Shown here piece by piece: positions 1 to 12,142 of a stretch of DNA of 64,000 bases. The position numbers and the translations under genes are program-made. The stretch comes from Lingula anatina (taxonomy: Eukaryota; Animalia; Brachiopoda): NCBI GenBank assembly GCA_051362555.1, contig JBPQGU010000013.1:1-64000 (forward strand), written 5' to 3'. Numbering within the stretch: the first letter of the stretch is position 1; each line of letters opens with the position of its first letter. The notes beneath the pieces were generated by a model. That model did no database searches. It was not told where the DNA came from and saw only the letters and a program-made list of their open reading frames with translations.

Positions 1-605
1 GATACTCAATATATATATAGGCTTAAGTTCATTTGAAAAAAAAAAAGGAAAAAATGAAGTTAAAAATATAAGCGCGATTTCTCCTTTTTTTTTTTAACTC
101 TGGAGACAGAAAGTGATAAATATAGCTTTTTGTGCGCATGCCAATCCAAGAAAAGTTTAAAATCCATGCCCTGCTAGTGCGGGGAGTGCGAAGAGAAACG
201 AAGGTTTTATGAAAGAAATTTTAAAAATATCACGCCTTTTGTGTAATATTTGCACGATATTAATACTAAGAAAAATCAAACTGCGCTAAGGGCTATTACG
301 AGATGCATGGTTATTTTACTGACACAATTTGTACTCAACCTCAAGTATATTTTTACAAAAGATTCTGCAAATTACTTTCTCTGAGAATGCAGTTTTGTCG
401 CGTTTTGTGTAAAATGCTTGACTATGCCCTGTCACCATTTCGTCTAGCTAACAGTGGATGTAACTGAAATGAGGATTTTATTTATGGCTAAAACATTACA
501 AAAAAAAAAAAAAAAAAAAACGCTAACGACTGAAAACAACGCTCTGTAAAACTGTGTGCAAACTTTGATATGTCTACACATCGGAAGAAAAAAATCAAAC
601 ACCAA

Positions 606-1095
606 AATATGCATCTCAGTGCAAGAAAACTAGAGAGCGCAACCCCCGCAAGGACAAATAATTGCGTATTATAAAGTATCATTAATTAAGTATTAGTATT
701 ATAAATTGATTAATACTAAAATATGCACCTGAGCAGAAGAAAACCAGAGAGCGCAACCTCCGCAAGGACATAATTTAGTATTATTCAGTATTCTTAATTA
801 ATTAATACTAAATTATTTGTCCTTGCGGAGTTCCATGATCGATTAATTTATTAATTAAATAATAAATAAATGGATCATTACCAAAATCTTCTTCCATTGT
901 CCATTTGTGAGCTATCCTGGAAATTTAATTTTCAAGTAATTAATTAATGGAACACAACCAAAATCCAACCATTTCTTCCTTTGCCCATTTGTGACCTATC
1001 CTGTAAATTTCAACAAAATCTGTTAATAGCTAAGTAATAAATAAACTTATTAAACAATTAATTAATAAATGAATTAATGGATCATCACCAAAATA
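606..1095. repeat. Degenerate interspersed repeat with direct/inverted sub-repeats (possible non-autonomous Helentron-type fragment)
   Basis: Motif AGAGAGCGCAACCYCCGCAAGGACA at ~632 and ~747, inverted copy TGTCCTTGCGGAG at ~818, followed by diverged ~90-bp units (TGGATCATTACCAAAAT...CCATTTGTGA). Confidence 0.4.
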
Positions 1096-2221
1096 TGGTG
1101 CAGAGCCTGTTCATTGTGGTTGCTGAGACTCACAACGTAATTCAGCCGTTTTCACCCGTGTCACATTTTTGAGTGCTATGAGATGATACTGTAAACAGTA
1201 CATCGCCAGCCTTAAATATCGGACACAATTTACCATTCTGTTGGACATAAATCCTATTTTCAAATCATGTATGAGTGTAACACAAGAAAATCGAGATAAT
1301 TGTTATAGAAATTTTATGAGCCGAGATGGTGTACAGAAGAAACAGGTGGGAAAAAGTCTAGTCCTTTTTAGGTCAATTTTTTCAGTTCATTTTTCAAACA
1401 CAAATATAGATAAATTTGAACTCTTACATGCCCCGTTATGCTTTTATTTCTATTGATTGCCATATAAAACTATTAAATAATCCTTTCTTTCGTTTCTGAT
1501 CTTTTTCACATGGAAAAGAGTTCTGAAGAGATGAACTGGTTGTAGGGGTCCATGTTCCTCATTACCCAGCTTCTTTTTAAATTTCCATAATGAATTAATT
1601 ATGACAGTGGAACGTCAGATTTGAGGAGACATAAAATTACCTTAGAGTTAGCCAACGAAAACGCGGCAAGTTATTGACTGCGGGTGTATTGTAGATTTTC
1701 AATGTATTTCAATGGGCTGGATTAAATGTGATTAAAACTAATAAAAAGACCACAGGTAATTACAAAAGCAATTATTTCAACAGCTTTGACATAGATGAAC
1801 AAGAAAATGTAAAAGACTGTTTGAAAAGTGAAAGTTACAGAAAGTTACAGGGTGGGGGGGGGGGGGGTATACTACAAAAGTAGCCTACCGAACGATCTAC
1901 GTAGACCGACATTGATGGTTTCAAGGGGAATGAGCCATTAAATTCTGTGGCCTGTGATATAGGGCCAGGGGTAATCCTAGAGAGGGGTAAGAAACGTCCA
2001 TTGTTCTCGTTACGTCAGTGAGGCTAACCGAATTCAGGGTATGTACGCACAGACAGAAAACCATGTATTGTGGGAACGTTACTAATGAAGCCACTGGTAG
2101 TACTAGTAGATATCAGTCTGTAGTCTAGAACAAGCACCTCGTTGACGAGTGAACAGTTGTCAAACACAAAAGACCCAGGTGTGGTAGATCGACTACTGTT
2201 CGCGCGTGCCGCAAAGACCAA

Positions 2222-5070
2222 GCCTAATTGTGTGATTGATTATCTACTGTGTAATAGTTCTATATTGTGTAACCTGGAATATTTCAGGGTACACTCTCTA
2301 ACTCCACTGTCCATCCACTGCATGATTTCCTGCTCACTAAAAACTGGTATGTGCCACTACCCCGACCACAGTCTGCCACAAGACCAAACACATGACCTCC
2401 CCAGCAACTATCAATGGTCAAATATCATAAAACAAATTTGGTCAGCCTCACTAGAAACTCCAGATAGCCAGACAGAAATAAATAAATTCATATCTTCATA
2501 TTCACTTAATAAGGACATGGACATTGACCAACTCACCAACAACTTCTATACACTCCTTACTAATCTGGCCTCTAAAGCAGGTTTCACTAAAAAGAACAAT
2601 AATAAGAAAGCTAAAAAACGTAAAATGAATAAAAAATGGTTTGACACCAACTGCAAGGAAGTATCCAAATCACTCAAATCTCTAAGTAGACAAATTCGAA
2701 AAAATCCCCAAAATCAACAACTCATACAAGAATACAATAGGCAAAAAAAACAATACTCAAAACTACTAAATAAAAAAAGAAACGACTTTCGTAACCACAT
2801 TTTCCACAAAATTGAAACCCTCGAGAATTCTGACCCCAAAACATTTTGGAACCTCTATGACCAGCTATGTGAGAATGAAAAAAAAAAGTAACTGTAACCC
2901 TATACCACCCCACTTATGGTGGGAACATTTTAATAATCTCATGAATAGAAGTCTACAACATGAGGACCCCAAATTTGAATCCCTAATTAATGAATTCTTT
3001 AATGGTATTAAAAACGGTACTTTCAATGAACTTGACTACCTACTTACTGTAAATGAAATAAAAAAGGCTTCTACAAAACTTAAGAATAATAAATCCTCTG
3101 GCTCAGATGGCATACCTAATGAAATGATCAAAGAGGGTATTCACAGACTGGCAGCCCCCCTGTGTATTCTCTTCAACCACATTCTCACAAATGGAACATT
3201 CCCTACACTTTGGAGAACAAGCTTTCTAACAGTTATACACAAAAAGGGTGACAAAACAGATCCAAATAACTATAGAGGAATTGCTGTCACTAGCAATATC
3301 TGTAAACTATTCTGTCTAATCCTGAACAACAGACTCACAACATATGTAGAAAAACACAATATCATACCCCCAAATCAAATTGGTTTTAAAAAAGGAAGCC
3401 GCACCAGTGACCATATTTTAGTATTAAAAACCCTCATAGACAAATATGTTAAAAGGGCCTCTAAATCCAACCTCTTTGTTTGCTTTGTTGACTTTTCCTC
3501 TGCTTTCGATACCGTGTGGCGAAACGCCCTGTTCTACAAACTGACAAGGGCAGGCATCAATGGGAACTTTCTAAGAACCCTTCGTAATATGTACTCATCT
3601 GTGCGTTTTGCCGTCAAATGCAGAAATAGCATAACAAATAGTCTCTCGTCCTCTGTTGGTGTTAAGCAAGGCTGTAATCTCAGTCCACTCCTCTTTAATC
3701 TCTTCATAAGTGACCTGCCCTCAATTTTTAACGACAGATGTGACCCAGTGTCTCTGAATAATCAAAAATTAAATTGCCTATTATATGCAGACGATCTAGT
3801 AATTATGTCGGAAAGCAGTGCAGGTTTACAAACCGCAATAAATCAACTTCAGGCCTACTGCAAAAAATGGAAGCTACTAGTGAACATCACTAAAACAAAA
3901 GTCATGATATTCAATAAATCTGGCCACAAAATCCAGAAACAAATTTTCAAGTTTGGCGATATACCTCTAGAAATCTGTAGTGAATACTGCTATTTAGGAC
4001 TTGTCTTTACTCCATCCGGAAGTTTCACCAAATCCCTTGAAATACTCAAATCAAAAGGGGGGAAAGCATTTTTCAAAATCCGCAATAAATTATTCACCAG
4101 CCCAGTGCCCATTTCCATGAAACTTTTTGACTCACTCATAGCTCCCATTCTTACCTATGGCTCTGAAGTTTGGGCACCATACTTTGTCAAAAACTCAAGT
4201 AAAGACAGCTACTTCCTAATTTGTGACAAACTTTCCATTGAAACCTTACATCTCAAGGCCTGCAAAACTATCCTAGGTGTTAACCGAAAATCTCCCTCAC
4301 ATGCTGTCCGCGGAGAACTGGGCAGCTTCCCAATACTGACCACTGCCCACACACTGGCCCTCAAATACTGGCACAGCCTCCAATATAAAAAGCACCATGA
4401 CACCACCTCCTTAGTTACTCATGCACTTCATGAAAATGAAAATTTAAACAGACTTAAAACCTCAACCTGGTCAACCGGCATTAAAAATACACTGGCGCTC
4501 ATTGGACGCCCTGACATTTGGGAGGACCCTTTTAAAATATCCATGACCGCACTCTCTTCCATAATAAAACCGCTTATCCAAATCTCTTATAGTTCGGCCT
4601 TTAAATCTCACCTAGCATCCCTGAACACGGAGGGCAAAAAATTACGTACCTACAGTACCTTCAAAAAAGATTTTAAAAGAGAAATATATACACAGTTAAT
4701 CCACAAACCCAAATCTACACTCCTTTGCAAATTCAGGATAAGTGCCCACAATTTGGCAATTGAAAAGGGGAGACACATGAATCCTAAAATACCCATTGAG
4801 AAAAGGCTATGCACGGTGTGCAACATGGGGTCAGTTGAAGATGAGTTCCATTTTATGATGATATGCCCCTCTTATGCTCCACTAAGAGCCATATTCCTTA
4901 ACCAGGTTAAAGATATACTGGGCAGTGCAGCCCCTGAGTCCATCAGTGACCTTTTTATTACTGTACTGCAATGTAATGATTTTGATATTGCAAAATGCAC
5001 AACTAATTTTCTTTATGATTGTTTTAAAGCTAGGGATATGAAAATTGCATCCATGCTGAATAAAACCTAG
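2222..5070 (+). pseudogene. LINE ORF2 (partial EN + RT + CCHC-like), frameshifted at the A-run 2878-2888
   Basis: ORFs 2142-2891 and 2812-5070 read as one ORF2 across a homopolymer frameshift (real or sequencing error). Confidence 0.8.
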
Positions 5071-5154
5071 ATTAACTGATGATGCAGTTTTCATATCCCC
5101 CTAAATAATAGTTAGTTTTATATAAGGTTTAGTGTAGCCTATTCTAGTTGAATC

Positions 5155-5208
<54 letters not shown>

Positions 5209-5370
5209 ATCCCTATATTGATCTTTATTGAGTAGTACATGTACTTTCCCTGCTTTAGTCTAGACATTATATAATGTATATCAAACTGTATATGGTAATC
5301 ACTCTGCGGATTACTTCTTGTATTTGTATTTGATCATGCCCGGATGTAGGGCGATAGTCAATAAACTTCT
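2222..5370 (+). mobile_element. 5'-truncated APE-RT non-LTR retrotransposon (RTE-X-like by C-terminal motif)
   Basis: Begins within the endonuclease C-terminus (VIDYLL...SIHC). RT motifs NYRGIAV, FVDFSSAFDTV, GVKQGCNLSPLLF, LLYADDL. C-terminal HNLAIEKGR..CTVC..EDEFHF..C. 3' UTR with poly-T tract and AATAAA at ~5361. Confidence 0.88.
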
Positions 5371-5843
5371 GACCTATAAGTAGCGCGTTTCCACCCCCTG
5401 ATAGGGCCTACCTGCTGCTGCCATCTTGACTCTGTTTGGGCCGTGACGCTTCACAGAGTCCAACGTTTATATTTCCGCTCTAATAATCACTAATAAACTC
5501 TGTTCCGACGATTGAACTGGTCCTTCGCATGTACCACAAACATCATCTTCTTTACGTCCAAAACCGGTTCGCTCGGGCAGAACCTAAAAGACGGAACACC
5601 GGAACAACGGAACAGCGGAACAGACTAAAATGCGGAATACAGTAAAAAGCGGAACGTGTATCAAATACATTGTGGAACGAGGAAATATTATTTATTTAGT
5701 GGTAAAAGAAAAACAAGACGAATATGAATACATTGAGTTATTATTATTGTTGTTGTTGTCTTCTTTTCCTGCATATAATTAAAGAAAATTTGAACGCCAA
5801 TATATTATTTCTTGTTTCAATGCGTTATATTGAGTTATTATTA

Positions 5844-6689
5844 TTATTGTTGTTGTCTTTTTCTGCATTCTGTGCAATACATTCGTTCTTCATTCAATGC
5901 GTCCTCGTCACTGCGTCCTATACACTGAGGATGATATTCCTCATTGCACCCGTCACAGATGACATAGAGGGTATGTGTATCTGGTAATTTACAATTACAA
6001 TATAAATTTACCGCGACCGAATTTTTGATAGGATTTTTAATTTTACGTCTGCTTGTTATCGGAAAAAGAGAAAGATGTCGTCTTTCTAAACAAAAAAATA
6101 AATGTGAACGCAGTTTTTTACTGTCATACTTCATGTTTGTGGGATCTTTACCATGCGCCAAGGCAACCATATTTGCTATTGCGTACAGACCGCAATCATA
6201 GTTGTTGTTTTGTTGCGTTACGTCCAAAACGTTAATTTGTAGAGTTCTTGCAGACGATGGTGCTATTAATGACGCAATGCACATTTGTTCCACAGTTGGA
6301 ATGTCACTGAAAGAGGAATCGCATATATTAACTGTATCTGGGGCACACCCAATGTTTGATACTGTGAGCCAGTGTGTACCGCGGTCTGGTGTTCGGTTTA
6401 TAATTTGGATGAATTGATTTTTGTGACGCTTGAAATCTAGCTGTACTGCCAGAGCACATGACTCGAGTCCTTCTAGAAGCGGGAATTGATATTTAATTAT
6501 ATCATGACAAGCGTCGATGATGGTTCCATTTAGCCAACCGCAAGGGTCAGTGATTATGTCGCGGTCTCTGACGTTCAAATTTTCTTTAATAATATTCCTG
6601 TCAGCCGGGATCCACACTTCTCTGCTGTAGCTGATGTCCCTTTGAAAACTTTCATCGATGTGTTCCGCGTCCAGAGTTAAGTGTTCCAT
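5844..6689 (-). CDS. Ulp1/SENP-like cysteine protease + PHD finger (C-terminal part of the MULE protein)
   Basis: GWLNGTIID, catalytic-triad motifs HWLTV / ICDS / QQNNNYDCGLYA, then PHD YCNC..ICDGCNEEYHPQC..YCTEC. Confidence 0.85.
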   Translation of the reverse strand: MEHLTLDAEHIDESFQRDISYSREVWIPADRNIIKENLNVRDRDIITDPCGWLNGTIIDACHDIIKYQFPLLEGLESCALAVQLDFKRHKNQFIQIINRTPDRGTHWLTVSNIGCAPDTVNICDSSFSDIPTVEQMCIASLIAPSSARTLQINVLDVTQQNNNYDCGLYAIANMVALAHGKDPTNMKYDSKKLRSHLFFCLERRHLSLFPITSRRKIKNPIKNSVAVNLYCNCKLPDTHTLYVICDGCNEEYHPQCIGRSDEDALNEERMYCTECRKRQQQ

Positions 6690-7453
6690 TCCGTGGTCGA
6701 TGTCTGTGTGAGTTAAGTGTTCCGTTCCGTGGTCCAGAGTTAATTAAGTGTTCCGTTCCGTGGTCATTGTTCCGTTGTTCCGTGTCCCGAGTTAAGTGTT
6801 CCGTTCCGTGGTCGATGTCTATGTGTTCCGTTCCATGGTCATTGTTCCGTTGTTCCGTGTCCCGAGTTAAGTATTCCGCTCCGTAGCCGTTGTCTCTGTG
6901 TTCCGCGTCCAGAGTTAAGTGTTCCGTTCCGTGGGCGATGTCTATGTGTTCCGTTCCGTGGTAGTTGTTCTGTTGTTCCGCGTCTAGAGCTAAGTGTTCC
7001 GTTCCGGTGTCACATACATCACCCACCCGAGGTTTTTTCCTTCCAGGCTTTGCTCTTTTCGGCCCTCTTGCGTTTTTCCTGACAGTTGATAAGTTTTTGA
7101 GGCCTGATTTCTCTAATGGCAAATTGATGCTCATGGGCACTGCCATAAGGTGCACGCACCCATCTTTCAGTGGACAACTGCATGACGGTGGCTTTTCCAT
7201 CTGCACCCTTTGCATAAAAGTATGATTTTTTGTATAATGGTTGTTTCCTAGGTAATTTTTTAGAACTGCCGTTTGTCCACCTATGGCCGTCTGCCCTCCA
7301 GTCTTCTTTTTCCGCCTCCGAATTGGCTTTGAAAACAAATGTTTGTCCTCCTTTTGGTCGAAACGGAATGACGTCCACTTTCTCAGTGTGATTAAATAGT
7401 CGACACACTTTATCTGTTGTTAGCGGGGCGTTTTTTTTCAGATATTGTATCAA
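6652..7453 (-). pseudogene. MULE protein remnant: CG-1-like N-terminus joined out of frame to SWIM-like finger; DDE core missing
   Basis: PFRPKGGQTFVF..DWRADGHRW (CG-1-like, ORF 7019-7453) switches frame near 7195 to CSCP..CVHLMA..NLSTVRKN.R...PGRKKPR (ORF 6652-7338). Confidence 0.6.
6655..7005. repeat. Coding minisatellite of ~21-nt sub-units (GTEH-rich peptide repeats)
   Basis: Repeated GTTAAGTGTTCCGTTCCGTGG / TGTTCCGTTGTTCCG units. Confidence 0.8.
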
Positions 7454-8544
7454 CCATTCTCTGCGCCATCGCGCATCTCTAAGCGTTGCCGCTGCTAGTG
7501 CTATTGTAGCATTATGGTGATAGCGATTATGACGTAGACTCCACAGTTTGCAAATAGGAAAACAAACAACAAATATCTCTAATTTTTATTGAAAAGAGAA
7601 AAGAAACATAAAAGGCCGTAGTGAGTATTGGTGGGGTGAGATAGAAAACACATCATCCTTTCCTAATTCGCTGTAATTTAGCCATTTTATACACTCTCAA
7701 ACGTCTATGACTTATACAATGGTAGGGTTTAATTTGCTACGATAAAAGATTAATCACCATTGAAATAAAAACTAATGTAATTTCAGGAATTTATTGATAT
7801 AAAACAATGAGATGACGCATATTTATAATTTTGATATTTTTATTTTGTAAAAATATTTTCTTGTTTACTTGTAATTGTAAATTTATTAATAGTCTAAGTT
7901 ATCTGTGACGTCACAATTTTCTTTGGTTGTTATTGGAGCGTTTGTTTTCTAAGGCCGTTCCGCACTGTTGGTTCCGCAAGCCAGCAGTCACAACAATTAA
8001 ACGTTCCGTCTTTTATGCTGTTCCGTTCCTGCGTCGTGTGTTCCACAGTAACAATGTTCCGCATTATAGTCTGTTCCGCTGTTCCGTTGTTCCGCTGTTC
8101 CGTGTTTTAGGCTTACTGTCTGATATTTTTTAACCCAGTGTTGTTGTTGTTGCGGTCGTCACCTTGACGCTCACCTTGACTTGTCAGTAAACGAGTGTCG
8201 TAAGATAACCAAATGATTATTTTATTATTACGTTTTGAATGCTGCTATCGAATTTGGTGTTTTTAAAATGTGCTTTGGCATAATAGAATGACAGTTATTT
8301 TATTATAGTTTTTTCAGGTTGATGCACCCGGTTTATTAATAATAGGACGATTTTACGACACCCGTTCACCGACCAGTCAAGGTAACCCCCGAAGTGTGTA
8401 AGCCGTGTCAACATTCTCTTTGGAAAGGTGGACATCTAGCGATCTGTTTATAATTTGCAGTGACTTTTCGACTGGTGTACTCAGGTATTGCTACAAAAAA
8501 CGCTCTGCTGGTTTTGAAATGAAACCACATGTTGGCCTACAGTC

Positions 8545-9885
8545 ATGAGAAGTACGCTACTAATAAGATTATGGATCGGTGTGGCGATAGGGGGCATTAT
8601 GGTATTGTTAATAACAATGCATAAGAAAACAACGTCCCAGCTCCTAAGTCTCCCCGGAGGACCAAGCCACGTCGTGGATGAAGGGGCGCCGGCAGGTACT
8701 AGTGCTAGCGGGTCTAACTCCAATATCCCAGGTGTCTGGAACTCTGTTCCGACGCTTGAACTGTTCCTTCGCATGTACCACAAACATCATCATCTTTACG
8801 AGAAGATCTTCAAACCCAGCTTGATGCTTTTCTGGCCGCGTCATATTCGTGTGATGGTTATCTTAGACAATGAATCGAAAGAGGACCATGCGTTGGAAGC
8901 AACGATAAGAGACAGCCCGCCTTTTCCGAAGGTTTTCTTTGAAGACCCCTACCCAGAAATATACAACCATCGAGGGCCAAGCCGTATGCAGCGGTCGATG
9001 TTTTATCCCGAAAATTACACCAAGGCCGAGTACGTTGGCTACGTGGATACAGACACTCTGTTCGTTACGGTTGTTACGCCGGAAGACCTTTTCAGAGACG
9101 GCAAACCTATCGTGGTCGGCGTCGTTGGCCAGTTTCTGACGAAAGAATGGGGAATGACAACAATGAAGCATTACAATTTATTCGGGACTGGAGAAGTCAT
9201 GAAATGCATGTCATACTTTCCTGTCATCATAAAAGTAAAACATGTTGTTGAATGTCGCCATTACTTGGAGCGGTTACATAAGAAATCTTTCGATGCAATC
9301 ATTAAAGAAATATCAGTCGACAATCTCTTTTCTCAATTCAGCATAATGTGTCAATGTATATACACTCTCCATCGCAAGGAATACATCTTTCGCATCCAAA
9401 TGCGCCCAAACGGAGACTTCAAAACCGAACTCCCCGGGAGAGCACCTCTCAAAACTTACAAAGAAAATTTTACGACGGAGGAACTATCCCCCATCGCTAG
9501 AACTTCAATGCATTGGAAATATCAGACAGTACCCAAACAGGAACTGTTGAAAACACCGTACGACAGGGAAACTTACTACCCTCAAGCTCTTCTGATGGGG
9601 ATTTGCTATTCCGGTGGCTTCGAAATGTGCCCGAATCACTGTAGATTTTTCAGTAGGAGCGTCATTCAAAGAGACCTGTTTAATTTTGAGTTCACCGACT
9701 GGACCTGGCACCCGGGCTGTATGAAGGCTCAAGAAAGACACTACCAGGATGTGAACCGATTGTTGTCGTATTACAAATCGCATGGATTCCCCATATTTGG
9801 CGAGAAAAATACCACCGTGGCATGTGATCGAATTTATAAAATGCTTCAGGTCGATAAAAAGTATTCACTGATTACACCAACGTAG
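8545..9885 (+). CDS. Intronless type II membrane protein, putative GT-A fold glycosyltransferase
   Basis: 446-aa open frame: N-terminal TM helix (LWIGVAIGGIMVLLITM), low-complexity stem, then YVGYVDTDTLF (DxD after a hydrophobic strand). Upstream acceptor-like sites at ~8318 and ~8460 suggest 5' UTR introns. Confidence 0.7.
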   Translation: MRSTLLIRLWIGVAIGGIMVLLITMHKKTTSQLLSLPGGPSHVVDEGAPAGTSASGSNSNIPGVWNSVPTLELFLRMYHKHHHLYEKIFKPSLMLFWPRHIRVMVILDNESKEDHALEATIRDSPPFPKVFFEDPYPEIYNHRGPSRMQRSMFYPENYTKAEYVGYVDTDTLFVTVVTPEDLFRDGKPIVVGVVGQFLTKEWGMTTMKHYNLFGTGEVMKCMSYFPVIIKVKHVVECRHYLERLHKKSFDAIIKEISVDNLFSQFSIMCQCIYTLHRKEYIFRIQMRPNGDFKTELPGRAPLKTYKENFTTEELSPIARTSMHWKYQTVPKQELLKTPYDRETYYPQALLMGICYSGGFEMCPNHCRFFSRSVIQRDLFNFEFTDWTWHPGCMKAQERHYQDVNRLLSYYKSHGFPIFGEKNTTVACDRIYKMLQVDKKYSLITPT

Positions 9886-11923
9886 GCATGGCTTTTCAAA
9901 GTTTTAATATTAGTATGGGTATCTCTGATATGATGATGAAAGTACAACAAGACGTATTTTTTTAAACAATTTTTTAAAGACGCATATCTTTTATATTTTT
10001 TACTGTCTGATATTTTTTAACCCAGTGTTGTTGCTGTATGAGATTATTTCTTTCTTTGTATTTTCAATATAATTTTTGGTAGTGTTCATATTAATTTAAT
10101 TTACTTACTGTAAGACGCGTTGAGATTTGTGGAAAATTTTTGTGGAAAAATTTATATTACTACTGTCATGTTGAGTACTGCATTGGGTTAGATGGTAAAG
10201 TCTATACAGCTTTCCATACAACTTTATTTTTTATCTACTTTATTTATTGATCTGTTTGCTAGCTTTATGTACTTGATTTAATTTTTTTGCCTTCTGTAGT
10301 TACATAGTATGGAAGCAATGTTTTCGTCTGTCATTTGTTTGTTTAAAAACTTCGTTCACTGCTTGTATTGAGGGCCATGTGCAACATGTTTCACGTTCTT
10401 TAAATATAGTTTTTATTATTATAATTATTACTTTCGGGATATACACGATAGTGTGAATACATTTTTAGTGTTAACAGCTGCTGACTTTATCCCCCCCCCC
10501 CCTCCCACCCTTAGCTGAACTGACAGCATTATAGAAAGCTAAAGGTAGGATACCATCTTTTTAGAAATGAATATGTATCTTGGACAGTTCGTATCAGACC
10601 GGTGTAGGGTAACTTGTGATTATTTAAAGATTATCTTGTGCTACGGCACTTAAACATAATAATAACACATTGTTTAGTAGTAAAGCATAAGTTGAACTGT
10701 TTATTTCCTGAAACGAGTCATTTTTCCCACAAAATTATATCGAGTCATTTTGCCCCTTTGCGACCGCGCCATACTTACGGAGGATGTTTTACATAGAGAA
10801 GCCCATTGAATTAAGACATCCAAAAGTTGAATGGGGTATATATATATATATTGATGCTTACTTAGGTATGTGATCTTATAGTGGTCACTTCTATCGCTTC
10901 TGATAGCTTGGGTATTTTCACCTCACAGAAAACTACAAAAATATAACTGAAATAAAATATGTATATTGTACAAGTAGGAACAAGCTGGAAGTAAGTTAGT
11001 CTGAAAACAGTGGGATATATCAATGAACTTTATAATTATAACTTAATTGACCAATGGCGCGTGAGTGACTTGGGTTCTTAGGGTCGATGCCCACCCAAGT
11101 TCTCTGAGTATATACTAATGCCAAGTAGTTCTATGTATGTGTGTGAGTGAAACTGGGCGGTAAAATTTTAATTTAAAATTTAAAAAGTAAAATTCCTACT
11201 GTTTGTGCCTTGATCATAGCGTGGCTATCACTAAATTTAGTTATATTATAACTTATAAGATGCGTATACTGAGACGCCATTTCGTCAACGAAGGGCTCCG
11301 ACGTGATTCCAAATCCCGAGTGAAGTCTTTCACTTCACGTGCACAGAAAAGCATAACAAACAACCTCACATCTTCAGTTAAAAACGAAATTTTACTTTAT
11401 ACTGTACACTATTCACATTTTATTCTATTTATGTAAATGGGATCAATATGTGTGCAACAGTAACTCCAAGTAATTTACATGCATCGAAAGGTTCACTATA
11501 TAATCGGGGCTTAAGTAAGATCAGCTGTGCTACATTTAACATTTTATGGGCACATTTGGGATGAAGATAGCCAAGGCATGTCACTTGATTCACGTATTTT
11601 GATCTATTTTAAGCATACTCTGTGTGAAAGAACCAAAAGGGTTATCAGTTAACTCGGCTTACTTTCATCTTGAGAGTTCAATCCCTTTGATACAGTAATA
11701 ATAAAATTGTACAACTACTACGATCAAAATTGTCGATGTTGATTGCTGTCTGTCATGTTGGATATCCCGCGTTTTTCGGGAAGTCAACAGTCAACATGGC
11801 CCGCAACATGTCATGGTGAGGTAGATATATATATATATACTGCGGTGTCCTGGTGCCTGGAAGTTAAACTGGAGACATGCCCCCTCGCCCTCTAAAAAAT
11901 TTTGAAATGTATTCCGTTTTTAA

Positions 11924-12142
11924 AGCCCCTTTCACACTAGACGGCGTCCTTTCTGCGTCCTTTGTGGACTATGTAACTGGCATCGATATGGTCGTAGAGA
12001 AGAGGCATAAGCATCGCTTTGGCTGCAGATTGAATCCTCAGTGATCGATCAGTTGTCGGCACAGAAGTAATGGTTTTATTTGCTCTCAAACGGGGCCGTT
12101 CTAACGGAAGCAGAAAGGACGCCGTCCAGTGTAAAGGGGGCT
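11924..12142. mobile_element. MITE with ~37-bp TIRs (PIF/Harbinger-like ends)
   Basis: AGCCCCTTTCACACTAGACGGCGTCCTTTCTGC...GCAGAAAGGACGCCGTCCAGTGTAAAGGGGGCT. Flanks TAA / GTA (imperfect TSD). Confidence 0.75.

Larger units (their letters stand above)
5577..8116 (-). mobile_element. Internally deleted MULE (Rehavkus-like) DNA transposon with ~60-bp TIRs built of CGGAACA sub-repeats
   Basis: Left AACCTAAAAGACGGAACACCGGAACAACGGAACAGCGGAACAGACTAAAATGCGGAA (~5581-5637) is the reverse complement of the right end (~8057-8112). Internal ORFs encode CG-1-like, SWIM-like, Ulp1 and PHD modules. No clear TSD. Confidence 0.8.
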
